From positions 3,843-67,842 of the forward strand of contig CAYZNN010000007.1 in assembly GCA_964479665.1 (NCBI GenBank): a DNA stretch of 64,000 nt, in the 5' to 3' direction. The notes below the pieces were generated by a model. That model searched no databases. It was not told the DNA's origin and was given only the letters and a program-made list of their open reading frames with translations. Positions 1 to 9,395 of this stretch are shown piece after piece (the first letter of the stretch is position 1; the number at the start of each line of letters is the position of its first letter). The DNA comes from an uncultured Rikenellaceae bacterium. GTDB taxonomy: Bacteria > Bacteroidota > Bacteroidia > Bacteroidales > Tenuifilaceae. The translations under genes were made by a program, and so were the position numbers.

Positions 1-628
1 CGTACTTGTAGGTAACGGTTATGTTAAGGTTGCGAAACTGCGACCGGGTGTTTTCATCCATTTGTTTGTAAACATCAACTAGCCCAAGGTCGTAGCGAAC
101 ATCAAGCGCCCAAATACCCTGTTTGGCATCGTACTCACCACCAACTCCAAAGGAAAGGCCCCAGTCAAAAGTCTTCCAATGGTAATCGTCCCATGTTTGT
201 CCGTTTTCGAAAATTTCAACACCGCTTGTTTTCAAGGTAGTATATGTTCCCCCAGTAGCATAAACTTTTGAAAGGCCAAAGGCTCTAAAGGCATACTTAG
301 CAAGAATCGGAATAGCAATGCTGTTCGTTTTTCGAGTTGTTTCTATACCGAATTCAGTGGTTTTGGTTCCCCTCGATAAAAATAGCAACTCGGTTTGAAT
401 TGAAAACTTATTGGTGAAACCAAATTCGCCAACTGCACCAAACTGATATCCAAATTTGCTTTTAGTATCAACGTAGTCATACGACCATCGGTTTATCTTT
501 GTAAAGTTCATTCCAATCTTTGGGCCCACATAAACAAAGCCCACGTCGAATTTGCCAACCTTAAACAGTTGCGCACTGGCTCCTAAGGCCATTAGAGTTA
601 AAAGGAGTATGGAAATTGTTTTTTTCAT
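1..628 (-). CDS. Outer-membrane beta-barrel (porin-family) protein, partial; C-terminus lies beyond the window edge
   Basis: Minus-strand ORF running off the window start, with ATG at 626-628 (revcomp). The N-terminus MKKTISILLLTLMALGASA/QLFKVGKFDVGF is a signal peptide followed by alternating beta-strand-like sequence. It is absent from the ORF track because no stop codon falls in the window. Confidence 0.7.
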   Translation of the reverse strand, partial: MKKTISILLLTLMALGASAQLFKVGKFDVGFVYVGPKIGMNFTKINRWSYDYVDTKSKFGYQFGAVGEFGFTNKFSIQTELLFLSRGTKTTEFGIETTRKTNSIAIPILAKYAFRAFGLSKVYATGGTYTTLKTSGVEIFENGQTWDDYHWKTFDWGLSFGVGGEYDAKQGIWALDVRYDLGLVDVYKQMDENTRSQFRNLNITVTYKY

Positions 629-784
629 GATCCATTCTTTTTAAATAAAACACAAATTTAGGGAGCAATTGGTTTGGTTGTTCATACATTAGTCTACTTT
701 ATAAGTATTTTAATCAATGTATGTTGTGCGTTCGAGTATTCAGCCTTTTTTTAGCTACTTTTATTGCCATAAAAAATTTGCCGT

Positions 785-1702
785 ATGAACGACATTAATT
801 CGATTCTCGATTTTCTGAAAACGGTACTCTTTACAACCGTTAGCCATTTGACTTGGCTTTTGGGTTTGCTTTTCGTGTTTGGGCTCATTCTCTATCTGCT
901 GGCTCGTTTCACCCGAACGGTTTTTGTTAAAACCGTAGGGCAACAGTTCGATATACTGGTAACAGGGTGGTTTGGTGTTCCCATTCACGAGCTGGGTCAC
1001 GCTCTGTTTTGCCTGTTATTCAGGCATAAAATTGTTGAGATGAAACTATACTCACCCAATACCACTGACGGAACCCTGGGGTACGTTAACCATTCGTATA
1101 ACCCTAAAAGCACCTACCAGAAAATTGGCAATTTCTTTATTGGAGTTGGCCCTATAATTTTTGGGGCTCTTGTTTTGTACGCCCTGCTTTACTACTTAGT
1201 GCCCAATACGGGTCAGGTTTTTTCGAATATTGAAACCCAGAGCCACATGCTGGTTAAGGGTGTAAAGGGGGAGTTCTCAGGTCTTTTCTCGGGGCTCTGG
1301 GCATCAACCTTGGGCACTTTAAAAGCGCTTTTCAATTCATCTAACTTTTCCAACTGGCGATTCTGGCTATTCTTATACCTCTCCCTTTGTGTGGCTTCTC
1401 ATATGGAACTTAGCCCTCCCGACATAAAGGGTGCCTGGCGGGGGTTGCTTAGCCTGGTTATTTTCCTGTTTTTGTTTAACCTTGTAGTGCTTGCGCTCGA
1501 CAGGACTGGTTGGCTTGGTGGGTGGTGGAGTAATCTAAAGCTCGAGAGCCATGCTACCGGAATTAATAAATGGGTAGGAACATTTGGTGCCCTATTCGTT
1601 TACGCCACAATTATTTCGGCAATAAACTTTCTGTTTTCCTATGTGGTGCTCTCTTTATATACCGTCATTCGGTTTAAGCGTGTTGTTAATCCGTTTTGGT
1701 AA
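785..1702 (+). CDS. Polytopic membrane protein with an HExxH motif (putative Peptidase_M50B/DUF3267-like zinc metallopeptidase)
   Basis: 305-aa ORF with several hydrophobic helices and the motif PIHELGHALFCLLF followed by ...TTDGTLGYV, as in membrane-embedded zincins. Confidence 0.55.
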   Translation: MNDINSILDFLKTVLFTTVSHLTWLLGLLFVFGLILYLLARFTRTVFVKTVGQQFDILVTGWFGVPIHELGHALFCLLFRHKIVEMKLYSPNTTDGTLGYVNHSYNPKSTYQKIGNFFIGVGPIIFGALVLYALLYYLVPNTGQVFSNIETQSHMLVKGVKGEFSGLFSGLWASTLGTLKALFNSSNFSNWRFWLFLYLSLCVASHMELSPPDIKGAWRGLLSLVIFLFLFNLVVLALDRTGWLGGWWSNLKLESHATGINKWVGTFGALFVYATIISAINFLFSYVVLSLYTVIRFKRVVNPFW

Positions 1703-1711
1703 TAACGAAGA

Positions 1712-2422
1712 TTAAAAGGCCAGGTAGAATTCCTTGGTTAGGGCTCGGTATTCCTGGGTATGCTCACCCGAATGGTTGTAAATAGCAAGCCATTGCTCAT
1801 CTGATGTGCCCTTTTCCTGAGAAAATTCTACAATAATACGCTTAATCTGCCCTCCGGGTCTCGACGAAATATTGAGTTTTTTACGACAATATAGACCACT
1901 ATTGGCAGCATTGGCAACCAATACATTGCCTTCTATGTAGGGGAAAATGCCGCAGAAACGACCAGTAGATGTAAGCAAAGCAGCTACACCCTGAAGCAGT
2001 TCAGAGTGAGGGAGGCTTTCGGCATGGCGAGCGTTAGCCCGCCTTTCGGCGTTAGGTTTTAACGAGTTGACAAAGTAAGGAGGGTTGGATACGATTAAGT
2101 CGAAGCGACTTGGGGTTTCTCGAGAAAATTCTTGAAATGGAATGTTATGCAGTGCAATTCGATTGCTCCATGGGCAACGCTTCACATTTTCCATTGCCTG
2201 AAGGTGCGATTCCGTATCAATCTCTATTGCATCAATACTTCCACTACATCGCTGCGCAAGCATTATTGAGATTAGGCCGGTACCCGATCCCACGTCGAGA
2301 ATGCTGTTGGCTTGGGTTAAGTCCACCCATGCCCCCAGGAGAACCCCATCGGTTCCAACTTTCATGCTGGCACCTTCCTGTCGGATAGTAAATTGTTTAA
2401 ATCGAAAGAAGCTATTACCCAT
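1712..2422 (-). CDS. trmN6: tRNA1(Val) (adenine37-N6)-methyltransferase (YfiC/TrmN6-like SAM methyltransferase)
   Basis: N-terminus FRFKQFTIRQEGASMKVGTDGVLLGAW, SAM-binding motif ILDVGSGTGLISIMLAQR, and N6-adenine motif IVSNPPYF. Confidence 0.75.
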   Translation of the reverse strand: MGNSFFRFKQFTIRQEGASMKVGTDGVLLGAWVDLTQANSILDVGSGTGLISIMLAQRCSGSIDAIEIDTESHLQAMENVKRCPWSNRIALHNIPFQEFSRETPSRFDLIVSNPPYFVNSLKPNAERRANARHAESLPHSELLQGVAALLTSTGRFCGIFPYIEGNVLVANAANSGLYCRKKLNISSRPGGQIKRIIVEFSQEKGTSDEQWLAIYNHSGEHTQEYRALTKEFYLAF

Positions 2423-2425
2423 GGC

Positions 2426-3199
2426 TCAGTACTTTTCGAAAATTCCTATCCCAAACAGGGCGTAATCGTATTTCACGGGGTCGTGGGGGTCGAACTTTGC
2501 CAATTGTGCAGTAACCTCTTCAACTGCTTTCCAATCGTTGGAATTGCGTTTAAGTAGCCCGAGGTTTCGTGCGGCCCTTCCACTATGCAGGTCCACCGGG
2601 AGCATCAGGTGGCTTGTTGGTATTTCGGTCCAAAGGCCAAAATCGACCCCTTCGGTGTTGGGCCGAACCATCCACCTAAGAAACATGTTAAGCCTTTTGG
2701 CTGCCGAACCATTGATGGGATCCGAAAGATGCTTGTGAGTGCGTTTGGGCAGGTTAGTTTCTAACATTTTTCTTCGAAAATTGGCAATGGCGCTTTTAAT
2801 GGTTTGGTTACTTTGGTATCCTTCGGTGAACGATAAATGTAATCCGTTATCTCGTAAATATAGCTGCTTTAGAGCTTGAAAAAGGGCATTGCAATCGGTT
2901 GGTGTAAAAGTTCTATATTGAAATCGAACCGTATGCTTTTCGGAATGTTGGCTGTAACTGCATATAAAGTCGAAGGGCGATTGGCCCATTGCATTCATTA
3001 GGTTGCGGGCAAAGCGAATGATTTGAGAGCGTTGCCCCCATGAAAGGGTTGCTGTTAACAGGGCTGCAATTTCAATGTCGTTGGGGGTTTCGTACAGGTG
3101 CGGCACCTGTACAGGGTCGGTTTCGAGGAAGGTAGGCGAGGCGTATTGCCTATACTTTTCTTCCAGAAATTCCCTTACTATTTTGTTATCCCTGTTCAA
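2426..3199 (-). CDS. TIGR02757/DUF2400 family protein
   Basis: 257 aa. Its size and motifs (DPVQVPHLY, ATLSWGQR, VDLHSGRAARNLGLL) resemble the conserved Bacteroidota DUF2400 family. The call is from memory of that family. Confidence 0.6.
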   Translation of the reverse strand: MNRDNKIVREFLEEKYRQYASPTFLETDPVQVPHLYETPNDIEIAALLTATLSWGQRSQIIRFARNLMNAMGQSPFDFICSYSQHSEKHTVRFQYRTFTPTDCNALFQALKQLYLRDNGLHLSFTEGYQSNQTIKSAIANFRRKMLETNLPKRTHKHLSDPINGSAAKRLNMFLRWMVRPNTEGVDFGLWTEIPTSHLMLPVDLHSGRAARNLGLLKRNSNDWKAVEEVTAQLAKFDPHDPVKYDYALFGIGIFEKY

Positions 3200-3204
3200 T
3201 GCAA

Positions 3205-3879
3205 CTACTGAACAAAAAGCCCATCATTCATGGTAAGCTGCAGGTCGGCCATTTGAGCTAACTCCTTATCGTGCGTTACTACCACTATAGTTTGCTTAAA
3301 ATTGTCGCGAAGCGAAAAGAAGAGCTTATGTAGTTCCTCCTTGTTTTTCGAATCGAGATTGCCCGATGGTTCGTCGGCAAGGATAACCTTGGGGTTGTTA
3401 ATGAGCGCTCTGGCAACAGCTACACGTTGCTGTTCACCACCCGATAATTCGCTGGGTTTATGCTCAAGCCGATGCTCTAATCCTAAAAACAGAAGAAGAT
3501 CCTTGGCGCGTTTCTCGGCTTGAACCTGAGGAACCCGAGCAATATATGCAGGAATGCAAACATTTTCGAGGGCAGTAAATTCGGGTAGTAAATGATGGAA
3601 CTGGAAAACAAATCCGATGTTTAAATTACGGAAGGCAGCCATATTCTTCTCAGAAAGGGAAGCTACATCAGTCTCCCCAATGTAAATACTCCCCGTGTCG
3701 GGTTTACTCAGTGTACCCATAATTTGCAGAAGGGTAGTTTTTCCTGCTCCGCTGGGTCCCACAATAGCAACAACCTTTTCCGAAGGAATCATTGCATCGA
3801 CTCCTTTCAGTACGGTGAGGTCGCCAAACGACTTAACAACTTTTTCAATTCTAATCATGCGAGTATGCTTAGTGGGCAA
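3205..3879 (-). CDS. ABC transporter ATP-binding protein (LolD/FtsE-like)
   Basis: Walker [13 protein letters not shown] signature LSGGEQQRV, Walker [12 protein letters not shown]. The true start may be the internal MIRIEK at 3858. Confidence 0.9.
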   Translation of the reverse strand: MPTKHTRMIRIEKVVKSFGDLTVLKGVDAMIPSEKVVAIVGPSGAGKTTLLQIMGTLSKPDTGSIYIGETDVASLSEKNMAAFRNLNIGFVFQFHHLLPEFTALENVCIPAYIARVPQVQAEKRAKDLLLFLGLEHRLEHKPSELSGGEQQRVAVARALINNPKVILADEPSGNLDSKNKEELHKLFFSLRDNFKQTIVVVTHDKELAQMADLQLTMNDGLFVQ

Positions 3880-4021
3880 AGTTAAGAAAAAGAGTTATGA
3901 TTGCACTTTTAAATAATTTGTTATTATTTTGCCCTATTCAATTTCATTTTATAATTTGTAACGTATTAATAGTTATATTTAATTAGTAAATAGTCATTTT
4001 TCAACATAAACAGTAATTACC

Positions 4022-5227
4022 ATGATTAGCGATTTGAATTCCATTTATTCGACAAGCGTAAAAAGTATGAAGCGTTCGGTTATTCGCGAACTGCTTAAGC
4101 TTACGCAGAAGAAGGATTTGATCTCCTTTGCAGGAGGCTTGCCTGCTGCCGATACTTTTCCAATAGAGCAACTGAAAGAGATTTCTTCTGAAGTACTCGA
4201 CCTTCAGGGTGCTCAAGCCCTTCAGTATGGAGCAACAGAAGGCGATAGCCGTTTGCGCGAAATACTGGTTGAAAGGTACAACAGTGAGGGGCTGAGCCTT
4301 ACGCTCGATAATCTGGTAATAACAACTGCTTCGCAGCAGGCACTCGACCTAATTCCCAAAATTTTCATCAATCCGGGCGACAAAATCATTTGCGGATTAC
4401 CAACCTATTTGGGAGGGCTTTCAGCATTTGGTAATTATGGAGCCCAGTTTATTGGTATTCCCCTCGACGAAATGGGTGAGCGAGCCGACCTTATGGAGGA
4501 AGCCCTTGCCAACCTAAAGGCCAAAGGTGAAAAGCCCAAGTTTATTTATCTGGTGCCCGATTTTCAGAATCCAGCTGGTATAACCATGCCTGAGTCGCGC
4601 AGGATTGAAATTCTCGAATTGGCCAGAAAGTACGATGTGCTGATTGTTGAGGATAGCCCCTATCGTGAATTGCGTTTCAATGGCAAGCCCCAGCGAACCA
4701 TTTATCAGCTCGATGGCACAGGGCAGGTTATTCTTCTGGGAACCATGTCGAAAATTTTCGTTCCTGGTTTTCGCATAGGCTGGGTGGTAGCTCATCCCGA
4801 AATAATTGATAAGATAGTTGTGGCCAAGCAGGCAACCGACCTGTGTACTTCGCCCTTTTTACAAAAAATTGCTGCCCGATATTTCGAAAAGGGTTACTTC
4901 GACCAGAACCTCAAGGGCATAATTAACAGTTACCGTGAAAAACGCGACGGTATGCTTGCAGCCTTCCGTAAGTATATGCCCACTGGGGTTAGCTGGACCG
5001 AACCCGAGGGTGGCCTTTTCCTATTCCTCACGCTACCCGATTACATGGATGCCGAAAAACTTTTTGCCATTGCCATTGAAGAGAATGTTGCTTTTGTGCT
5101 GGGGCACGTGTTCCATTGCGATGGCAGTGGCCGTAATACCATGCGCATTAACTTCTCGTTCATGTCCAAGGAACTTAACGAGGAGGGCGTTAAACGATTG
5201 GCCAGCGCTATAAAACGAATGATGTAA
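4022..5227 (+). CDS. PLP-dependent aminotransferase, class I/II fold (aminoadipate/aromatic aminotransferase-like)
   Basis: 401 aa with YGATEGDSRLRE, IYLVPDFQNPAG and the PLP-lysine region LGTMSKIFVPGFRIGW. Confidence 0.85.
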   Translation: MISDLNSIYSTSVKSMKRSVIRELLKLTQKKDLISFAGGLPAADTFPIEQLKEISSEVLDLQGAQALQYGATEGDSRLREILVERYNSEGLSLTLDNLVITTASQQALDLIPKIFINPGDKIICGLPTYLGGLSAFGNYGAQFIGIPLDEMGERADLMEEALANLKAKGEKPKFIYLVPDFQNPAGITMPESRRIEILELARKYDVLIVEDSPYRELRFNGKPQRTIYQLDGTGQVILLGTMSKIFVPGFRIGWVVAHPEIIDKIVVAKQATDLCTSPFLQKIAARYFEKGYFDQNLKGIINSYREKRDGMLAAFRKYMPTGVSWTEPEGGLFLFLTLPDYMDAEKLFAIAIEENVAFVLGHVFHCDGSGRNTMRINFSFMSKELNEEGVKRLASAIKRMM

Positions 5228-5257
5228 ATTGTAAAGAAATACCTACTTCCTAAACAG

Positions 5258-5289
5258 TCCTTGTTCCGTGGCAAGGATTTGTTTTTTTT
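5258..5289 (+). terminator. Candidate intrinsic terminator after the aminotransferase gene
   Basis: Stem tccttg (5258-5263) pairs with caagga (5272-5277), followed by tttgtttttttt. Confidence 0.5.
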
Positions 5290-5343
5290 ATACCTTTATC
5301 GCTCCTTTATTCCCCGTTAAGGCTTTATTAATTTGAAAATTGA

Positions 5344-7296
5344 ATGAAACTCTCGGTAATTATTGTAAACTACAATGTTAAGTTCTTTTTGGAGCAGTGC
5401 CTTATTTCAGTATTCAATGCGCTAAAAGGAATTGAAAGCGAGGTTTTTGTAGTCGACAATGCTTCGGCCGATGGATCGTGCCAATTGGTGCGAGAACGAT
5501 TTCCACAAGTTAAACTCATTTGTAATGCTAAAAACACAGGCTTTTCGTATGCCAACAATCAGGCAATCAGACTGGCTAAAGGGGAATACGTATTGCTTTT
5601 AAACCCCGACACAGTAGTTGAGGAAGAAACCTTTTCGAAATGCATTGCCTTTATGGATGCTCACCCTGAGGCCGGGAGCCTTTCGGTTAAAATGATCGAT
5701 GGTAAGGGGCGCTTTCTTCGCGAGTCGAAAAGAGCACTACCTTCACCAATGGTTTCGTTCTTTAAAATTTTCGGTTTTAGCAAACTTTTTCCACGTTCGC
5801 GTGTGTTTGCTCGGTACCATTTGGGGCACCTTAGCAAAGATGAAATTAATGAAATTGAAATTTTGCCCGGTGCCTTCATGTTCATGCGCAAGCGGGCACT
5901 CGACACGGTAGGGCTTCTCGACGAAACCTTTTTTATGTACGGTGAGGATATCGACCTTTCGTACCGCTTTTTGAAGGCAGGCTACAAAAATTTCTACTTC
6001 CCTAATACTACAATTATCCATTATAAAGGCGAAAGCACAAAAAAGGGCAGCATTAACTATGTTCTGATTTTTTATCAGGCCATGATAATTTTTGCTCGCA
6101 AGCATTTTAGCCGAAACAATGCACGGCTTTATACCATTTTAATATATCTGGCTATATATTTTAGGGCATTCCTAAGCCTTACACGCCGCATGGTTGAGAG
6201 GATTTACCTTCCCATAATCGATACGGTTCTGGTGGCATTGGGTTTTTGGGCTATTCCTTCCTTTTGGGAGCGATACTGGCACCATACCGAGAACTACTAT
6301 CCCGATAGTGCCATTGGTTTTATGGCCCTGTTTTTTATTCTTTCTACCCTTTTCACACTCTGGTTTGTAGGTGCTTTCGAGAAACCTCAAAAAGCATTTG
6401 CTGCTTCCAAAGGGGTTGCCATTAGTTCAATGCTTCTATTAATTATTTATGGCTTGCTTCCCGAGGGGTACCGTTATTCCCGCGTAATTACATTGCTTTC
6501 GTCGGTTTGGGCCATTGTGAGCGTTCAATTTGCCCATTGGGCAATTGGGGTGTTTGTTAATGGCTACTTTACTGCATTTAGAAAGAAGAAAAAAGTGTCA
6601 ATTGTTGGAAAGTCTGCTGAGGCCGAAAGAGTGCTAAGCATTGTTCGTGAGGCAGCAATCGATTTCGATTTTGTTGGCCTTATATCTCCCAGTCAAAACT
6701 TCGATGAAAGGGAGCAAATTGCTACCATTGATCAATTAACTGACTTTGTGAGGGTTAATGGGGTGAACGAGGTGATATTCTGTGCAAACGACATGGCTTC
6801 GCAGGATATTATAAGTAATATGCTTCAGCTGGTTTCAACTGGGGTTGACTATAAAATTGCCCCACCCGATAGTTTATCCGTTATAGGTAGCAATTCAATC
6901 GACACGCAAGGCGAATTGTATACTGTTGAAATAAGTGCCATTTCGAAGCCAACCAACAGGCGAAAGAAGCGCATTTTCGATGTGATTGCAACGTTTTTAC
7001 TTTTTGTTTTCACCCCATTCTTGCTGCTCTTCAGACCTCTTAGAATTAATTTAATAAAACACGCCTTGTTGGTTCTGGTAGGACGGATGACCTGGGTGGG
7101 ATACGCTACTATGGACAATCCTGAACTCTATAATCGGCTTCCAAAGGTGGCAAGAGGCGTTTTTCCCGCTTCTATGCCAGGTCATGCACCTAAAACCAGC
7201 GAGGAGGCGTTTCGTATTAACCTAATGTATGCCCGAAGCTTCAAAATACAAAACGATCTGATTCTCTTTGTTACCCACTTCTTTACAAAGCAATAG
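5344..7296 (+). CDS. Fusion protein: N-terminal family-2 glycosyltransferase, a polytopic membrane region, a Rossmann-like segment, and a truncated bacterial sugar-transferase (PGT) C-terminus
   Basis: The GT2 N-terminus is LSVIIVNYNVKFFLEQCL...VVDNASADGS...LLLNPDT...YGEDIDLS. About 5 TM helices follow. Next come KKKVSIVGKSAEAERVLSIV and RRKKRIFDVIATFLLFVFTPFLLLF, running directly into LVLVGRMTWVGY. Confidence 0.8.
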   Translation: MKLSVIIVNYNVKFFLEQCLISVFNALKGIESEVFVVDNASADGSCQLVRERFPQVKLICNAKNTGFSYANNQAIRLAKGEYVLLLNPDTVVEEETFSKCIAFMDAHPEAGSLSVKMIDGKGRFLRESKRALPSPMVSFFKIFGFSKLFPRSRVFARYHLGHLSKDEINEIEILPGAFMFMRKRALDTVGLLDETFFMYGEDIDLSYRFLKAGYKNFYFPNTTIIHYKGESTKKGSINYVLIFYQAMIIFARKHFSRNNARLYTILIYLAIYFRAFLSLTRRMVERIYLPIIDTVLVALGFWAIPSFWERYWHHTENYYPDSAIGFMALFFILSTLFTLWFVGAFEKPQKAFAASKGVAISSMLLLIIYGLLPEGYRYSRVITLLSSVWAIVSVQFAHWAIGVFVNGYFTAFRKKKKVSIVGKSAEAERVLSIVREAAIDFDFVGLISPSQNFDEREQIATIDQLTDFVRVNGVNEVIFCANDMASQDIISNMLQLVSTGVDYKIAPPDSLSVIGSNSIDTQGELYTVEISAISKPTNRRKKRIFDVIATFLLFVFTPFLLLFRPLRINLIKHALLVLVGRMTWVGYATMDNPELYNRLPKVARGVFPASMPGHAPKTSEEAFRINLMYARSFKIQNDLILFVTHFFTKQ

Positions 7297-7300
7297 TAAA

Positions 7301-8320
7301 ATGAAAACTCTAAAATCCCTGTTTCGCATAGGCTTGGTTCTTTTTGTTTTTGTAATCCTTAACGCATGCCAAACAAAAAAAGAGAAGTATTACATTAAAC
7401 TCAATGGATTTACGCAGGGTACAACATTTAATATTGTATATCATCACCCAAGGGGTTTCGATTTTGCCTCACAAGTCGATTCAATTTTATTTGCGATCGA
7501 TAGTTCCATGTCGGTTTATAATACCAATTCAATTATTACAGCATTTAACAATAGCCCTTCAGGCATTGAGGTCGACTCCATGCTGGCACGGGTAGTTTCC
7601 CTTTCGCTCCAAATTAACCAGAAAACCGAGGGTGCATTCGATATTACAGTAGGTCCATTGGTTAAAGCATGGGGCTTTCATGTAAAACAAGGCGAAATGC
7701 CCACCCATTCGCAGGTTGCCGATATGCTTTCGATAATTGGTAGCGATAAAATTTGGCTCAATGGACTATTTTTAGGCAAGGCCAACCCTCGTGTAATGAT
7801 AGATGTGAACGCAATAGCCCAAGGTTATACAGTAGATGTAATTGGAGAGTTTTTCGAAAAGAATGGTGTAACCGATTATTTGGTTGAGGTTGGAGGTGAG
7901 GTGCGGACATTAGGCCGAAATAATAGAAATACCCTATGGAGTGTTGGGGTCGATAAACCGGTTGACGATGCAATTTCTGGCGAGAATTTCCAAACAATAA
8001 TTGCTATAACCAATAAATCGCTGGTAACATCGGGGAACTACCGAAAATTCTACGTTCGCAATGGCATTAAATATAGCCATAGCATCGATCCCAAGACCGG
8101 ATATCCCGCGAATCACACATTGCTTAGCGCAACCGTAATTGACGAAACAGGCGCTAGAGCCGATGCTCTGGCCACGGCATTCATGGTTATGGGGCTTGAA
8201 AAATCGAAGCAGTGGCTAAAGCAATACCCCCTTGTGGATGCCTACTTAATTTATTCCGATTCGTTGGGTGATTATCAGGTATGGATGACCCACGGAATGC
8301 AAAAAATGATTATCGACTAG
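7301..8320 (+). CDS. apbE: FAD:protein FMN transferase ApbE (lipoprotein)
   Basis: MKTLKSLFRIGLVLFVFVILNAC lipobox. ApbE-type motifs AFDITVGPLVKAWGF, DVNAIAQGY, LVEVGGEV, VTSGNYRKF, HSIDPKTGYP, ADALATAF. The start is moved to the ATG at 7301, just after the upstream stop. Confidence 0.9.
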   Translation: MKTLKSLFRIGLVLFVFVILNACQTKKEKYYIKLNGFTQGTTFNIVYHHPRGFDFASQVDSILFAIDSSMSVYNTNSIITAFNNSPSGIEVDSMLARVVSLSLQINQKTEGAFDITVGPLVKAWGFHVKQGEMPTHSQVADMLSIIGSDKIWLNGLFLGKANPRVMIDVNAIAQGYTVDVIGEFFEKNGVTDYLVEVGGEVRTLGRNNRNTLWSVGVDKPVDDAISGENFQTIIAITNKSLVTSGNYRKFYVRNGIKYSHSIDPKTGYPANHTLLSATVIDETGARADALATAFMVMGLEKSKQWLKQYPLVDAYLIYSDSLGDYQVWMTHGMQKMIID

Positions 8321-8517
8321 GTTGCGCTTTTCTCTGTAGGCAGCCCACAGGCACCGCTTCCGCAACCGCAACTGGCGTGCGAAGACTCCTCGTAAAAGGG
8401 AGTGTTGCAATTGCCCTCATCCTTAAGTTTCTTTCGTCGAGTCAGTGCAAGTGCTAAGCCGCCAAAAATGAGTACCACAATGGCAAGGGTAACTCCAATG
8501 AGTTTCAGTAGTTCCAT
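8317..8517 (-). CDS. Single-TM miniprotein with a C-terminal four-Cys cluster (FeoB-associated Cys-rich / NqrM-like architecture)
   Basis: MELLKLIGVTLAIVVLIFGGLALALTRRKKLKDEGNCNTPFYEESSHASCGCGSGACG. This is a TM helix, a basic anchor, then 4 Cys. The start is taken at the internal ATG (8515-8517). Confidence 0.5.
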   Translation of the reverse strand: MELLKLIGVTLAIVVLIFGGLALALTRRKKLKDEGNCNTPFYEESSHASCGCGSGACGLPTEKSAT

Positions 8518-8609
8518 ATGGTTTTTCGGTTGGGTGTCAACATGCAAAACACCCTTTCAGCAAAATTGTTTAAATCGACTTGTTATTTAGTCGGCTTAAA
8601 AAAACTAGT

Positions 8610-8849
8610 TTAATCGCGAGCACCCTCGTAACAAGTTGCACAGGCTCGGTTGTCGTCGTTTGTTTTCCAGCATTTAATTTCGTCGTGGCGCGGACAGGTT
8701 ATGCCCCGCTTCCGAAGTTCCTTGTTATGCCCCGCCGATGTTTCGGGAAACTTTTTCGATTTATGAAATAGGATTTTTACCCCCATGCCCAGCAGGGCAA
8801 TAGCTAGTAGTATGGCAACTAATCCTGTTAATAATAATACTTTTTCCAC
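8610..8849 (-). CDS. Single-TM miniprotein with a C-terminal four-Cys cluster
   Basis: MEKVLLLTGLVAILLAIALLGMGVKILFHKSKKF...GITCPRHDEIKCWKTNDDNRACATCYEG. It has the same architecture as the downstream gene. Confidence 0.5.
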   Translation of the reverse strand: MEKVLLLTGLVAILLAIALLGMGVKILFHKSKKFPETSAGHNKELRKRGITCPRHDEIKCWKTNDDNRACATCYEGARD

Positions 8850-9059
8850 TTTGAGCGAATGAGAAGTTTATTAACCTTTGAATAGCGTTTAAAAAAATCA
8901 AAAATACTATTTAAAATTGACTGAAAAAATATACAAACTCTTGCATTAATTTGTTTAGTCAACTTCGCATTTTCACAGGAATTACAACCTTTTCGAGAAT
9001 CGGTAAAGCATCTTGCGCACAGTATTGAGGCGCAAAACGTAACAAAACGCAAGGCTTTT

Positions 9060-9368
9060 GTGGCTATTCTCCAGTTTTATAACGAAAAGCAAATGGTTAC
9101 CCGTTTTAGCTATGCTATCCAAGACGAGTTTAACTTGGCTTTCCGTGATGGTAATGGGATAGAGATTATTAGCCAGAGTTTGGTTAACGAACATTTCGAA
9201 AGGAATGAATGGGCGCTTAACGATTGCTTAAACTTTCGTTCGCTAACGGAGTTAAGCGAAAAGATCTTCGAAAAAGTTAATCATATCCCCGATGCTTTCA
9301 TATACGGAACCTATACACACAGTGGTAATGTTGTTGGTTTTTTACATTCCGTATGGGATTGCAAGTAA
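9060..9368 (+). CDS. Hypothetical protein (102 aa, GTG start in the ORF track)
   Basis: Only an open frame in an otherwise non-coding gap. I recognised no motifs. Confidence 0.35.
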   Translation: MAILQFYNEKQMVTRFSYAIQDEFNLAFRDGNGIEIISQSLVNEHFERNEWALNDCLNFRSLTELSEKIFEKVNHIPDAFIYGTYTHSGNVVGFLHSVWDCK

Positions 9369-9373
9369 TGGTT

Positions 9374-9395
9374 ATGAGTTAAAAACTCATTTTTC
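9374..9395 (+). terminator. Weak candidate terminator
   Basis: Stem atgagtt (9374-9380) pairs with aactcat (9384-9390), followed by ttttc. The stem is AT-rich. Confidence 0.35.

Noticed and set aside
3880-4021. Bacteroidota-type -7 promoter boxes (TAnnTTTG) in AT-rich spacers, e.g. 'taatttg' upstream of 4022 and 5344
   Set aside because: The candidates I found have only two T residues before the G (TAATTTG read as TAnnTTG). They do not match the consensus exactly, so I do not report promoters.
8828-9194. 74-aa and 70-aa minus-strand ORFs in the 8850-9059 spacer
   Set aside because: They overlap each other and the neighbouring genes and give Cys/Phe/Lys-rich low-complexity translations. The region more likely holds the divergent promoters.
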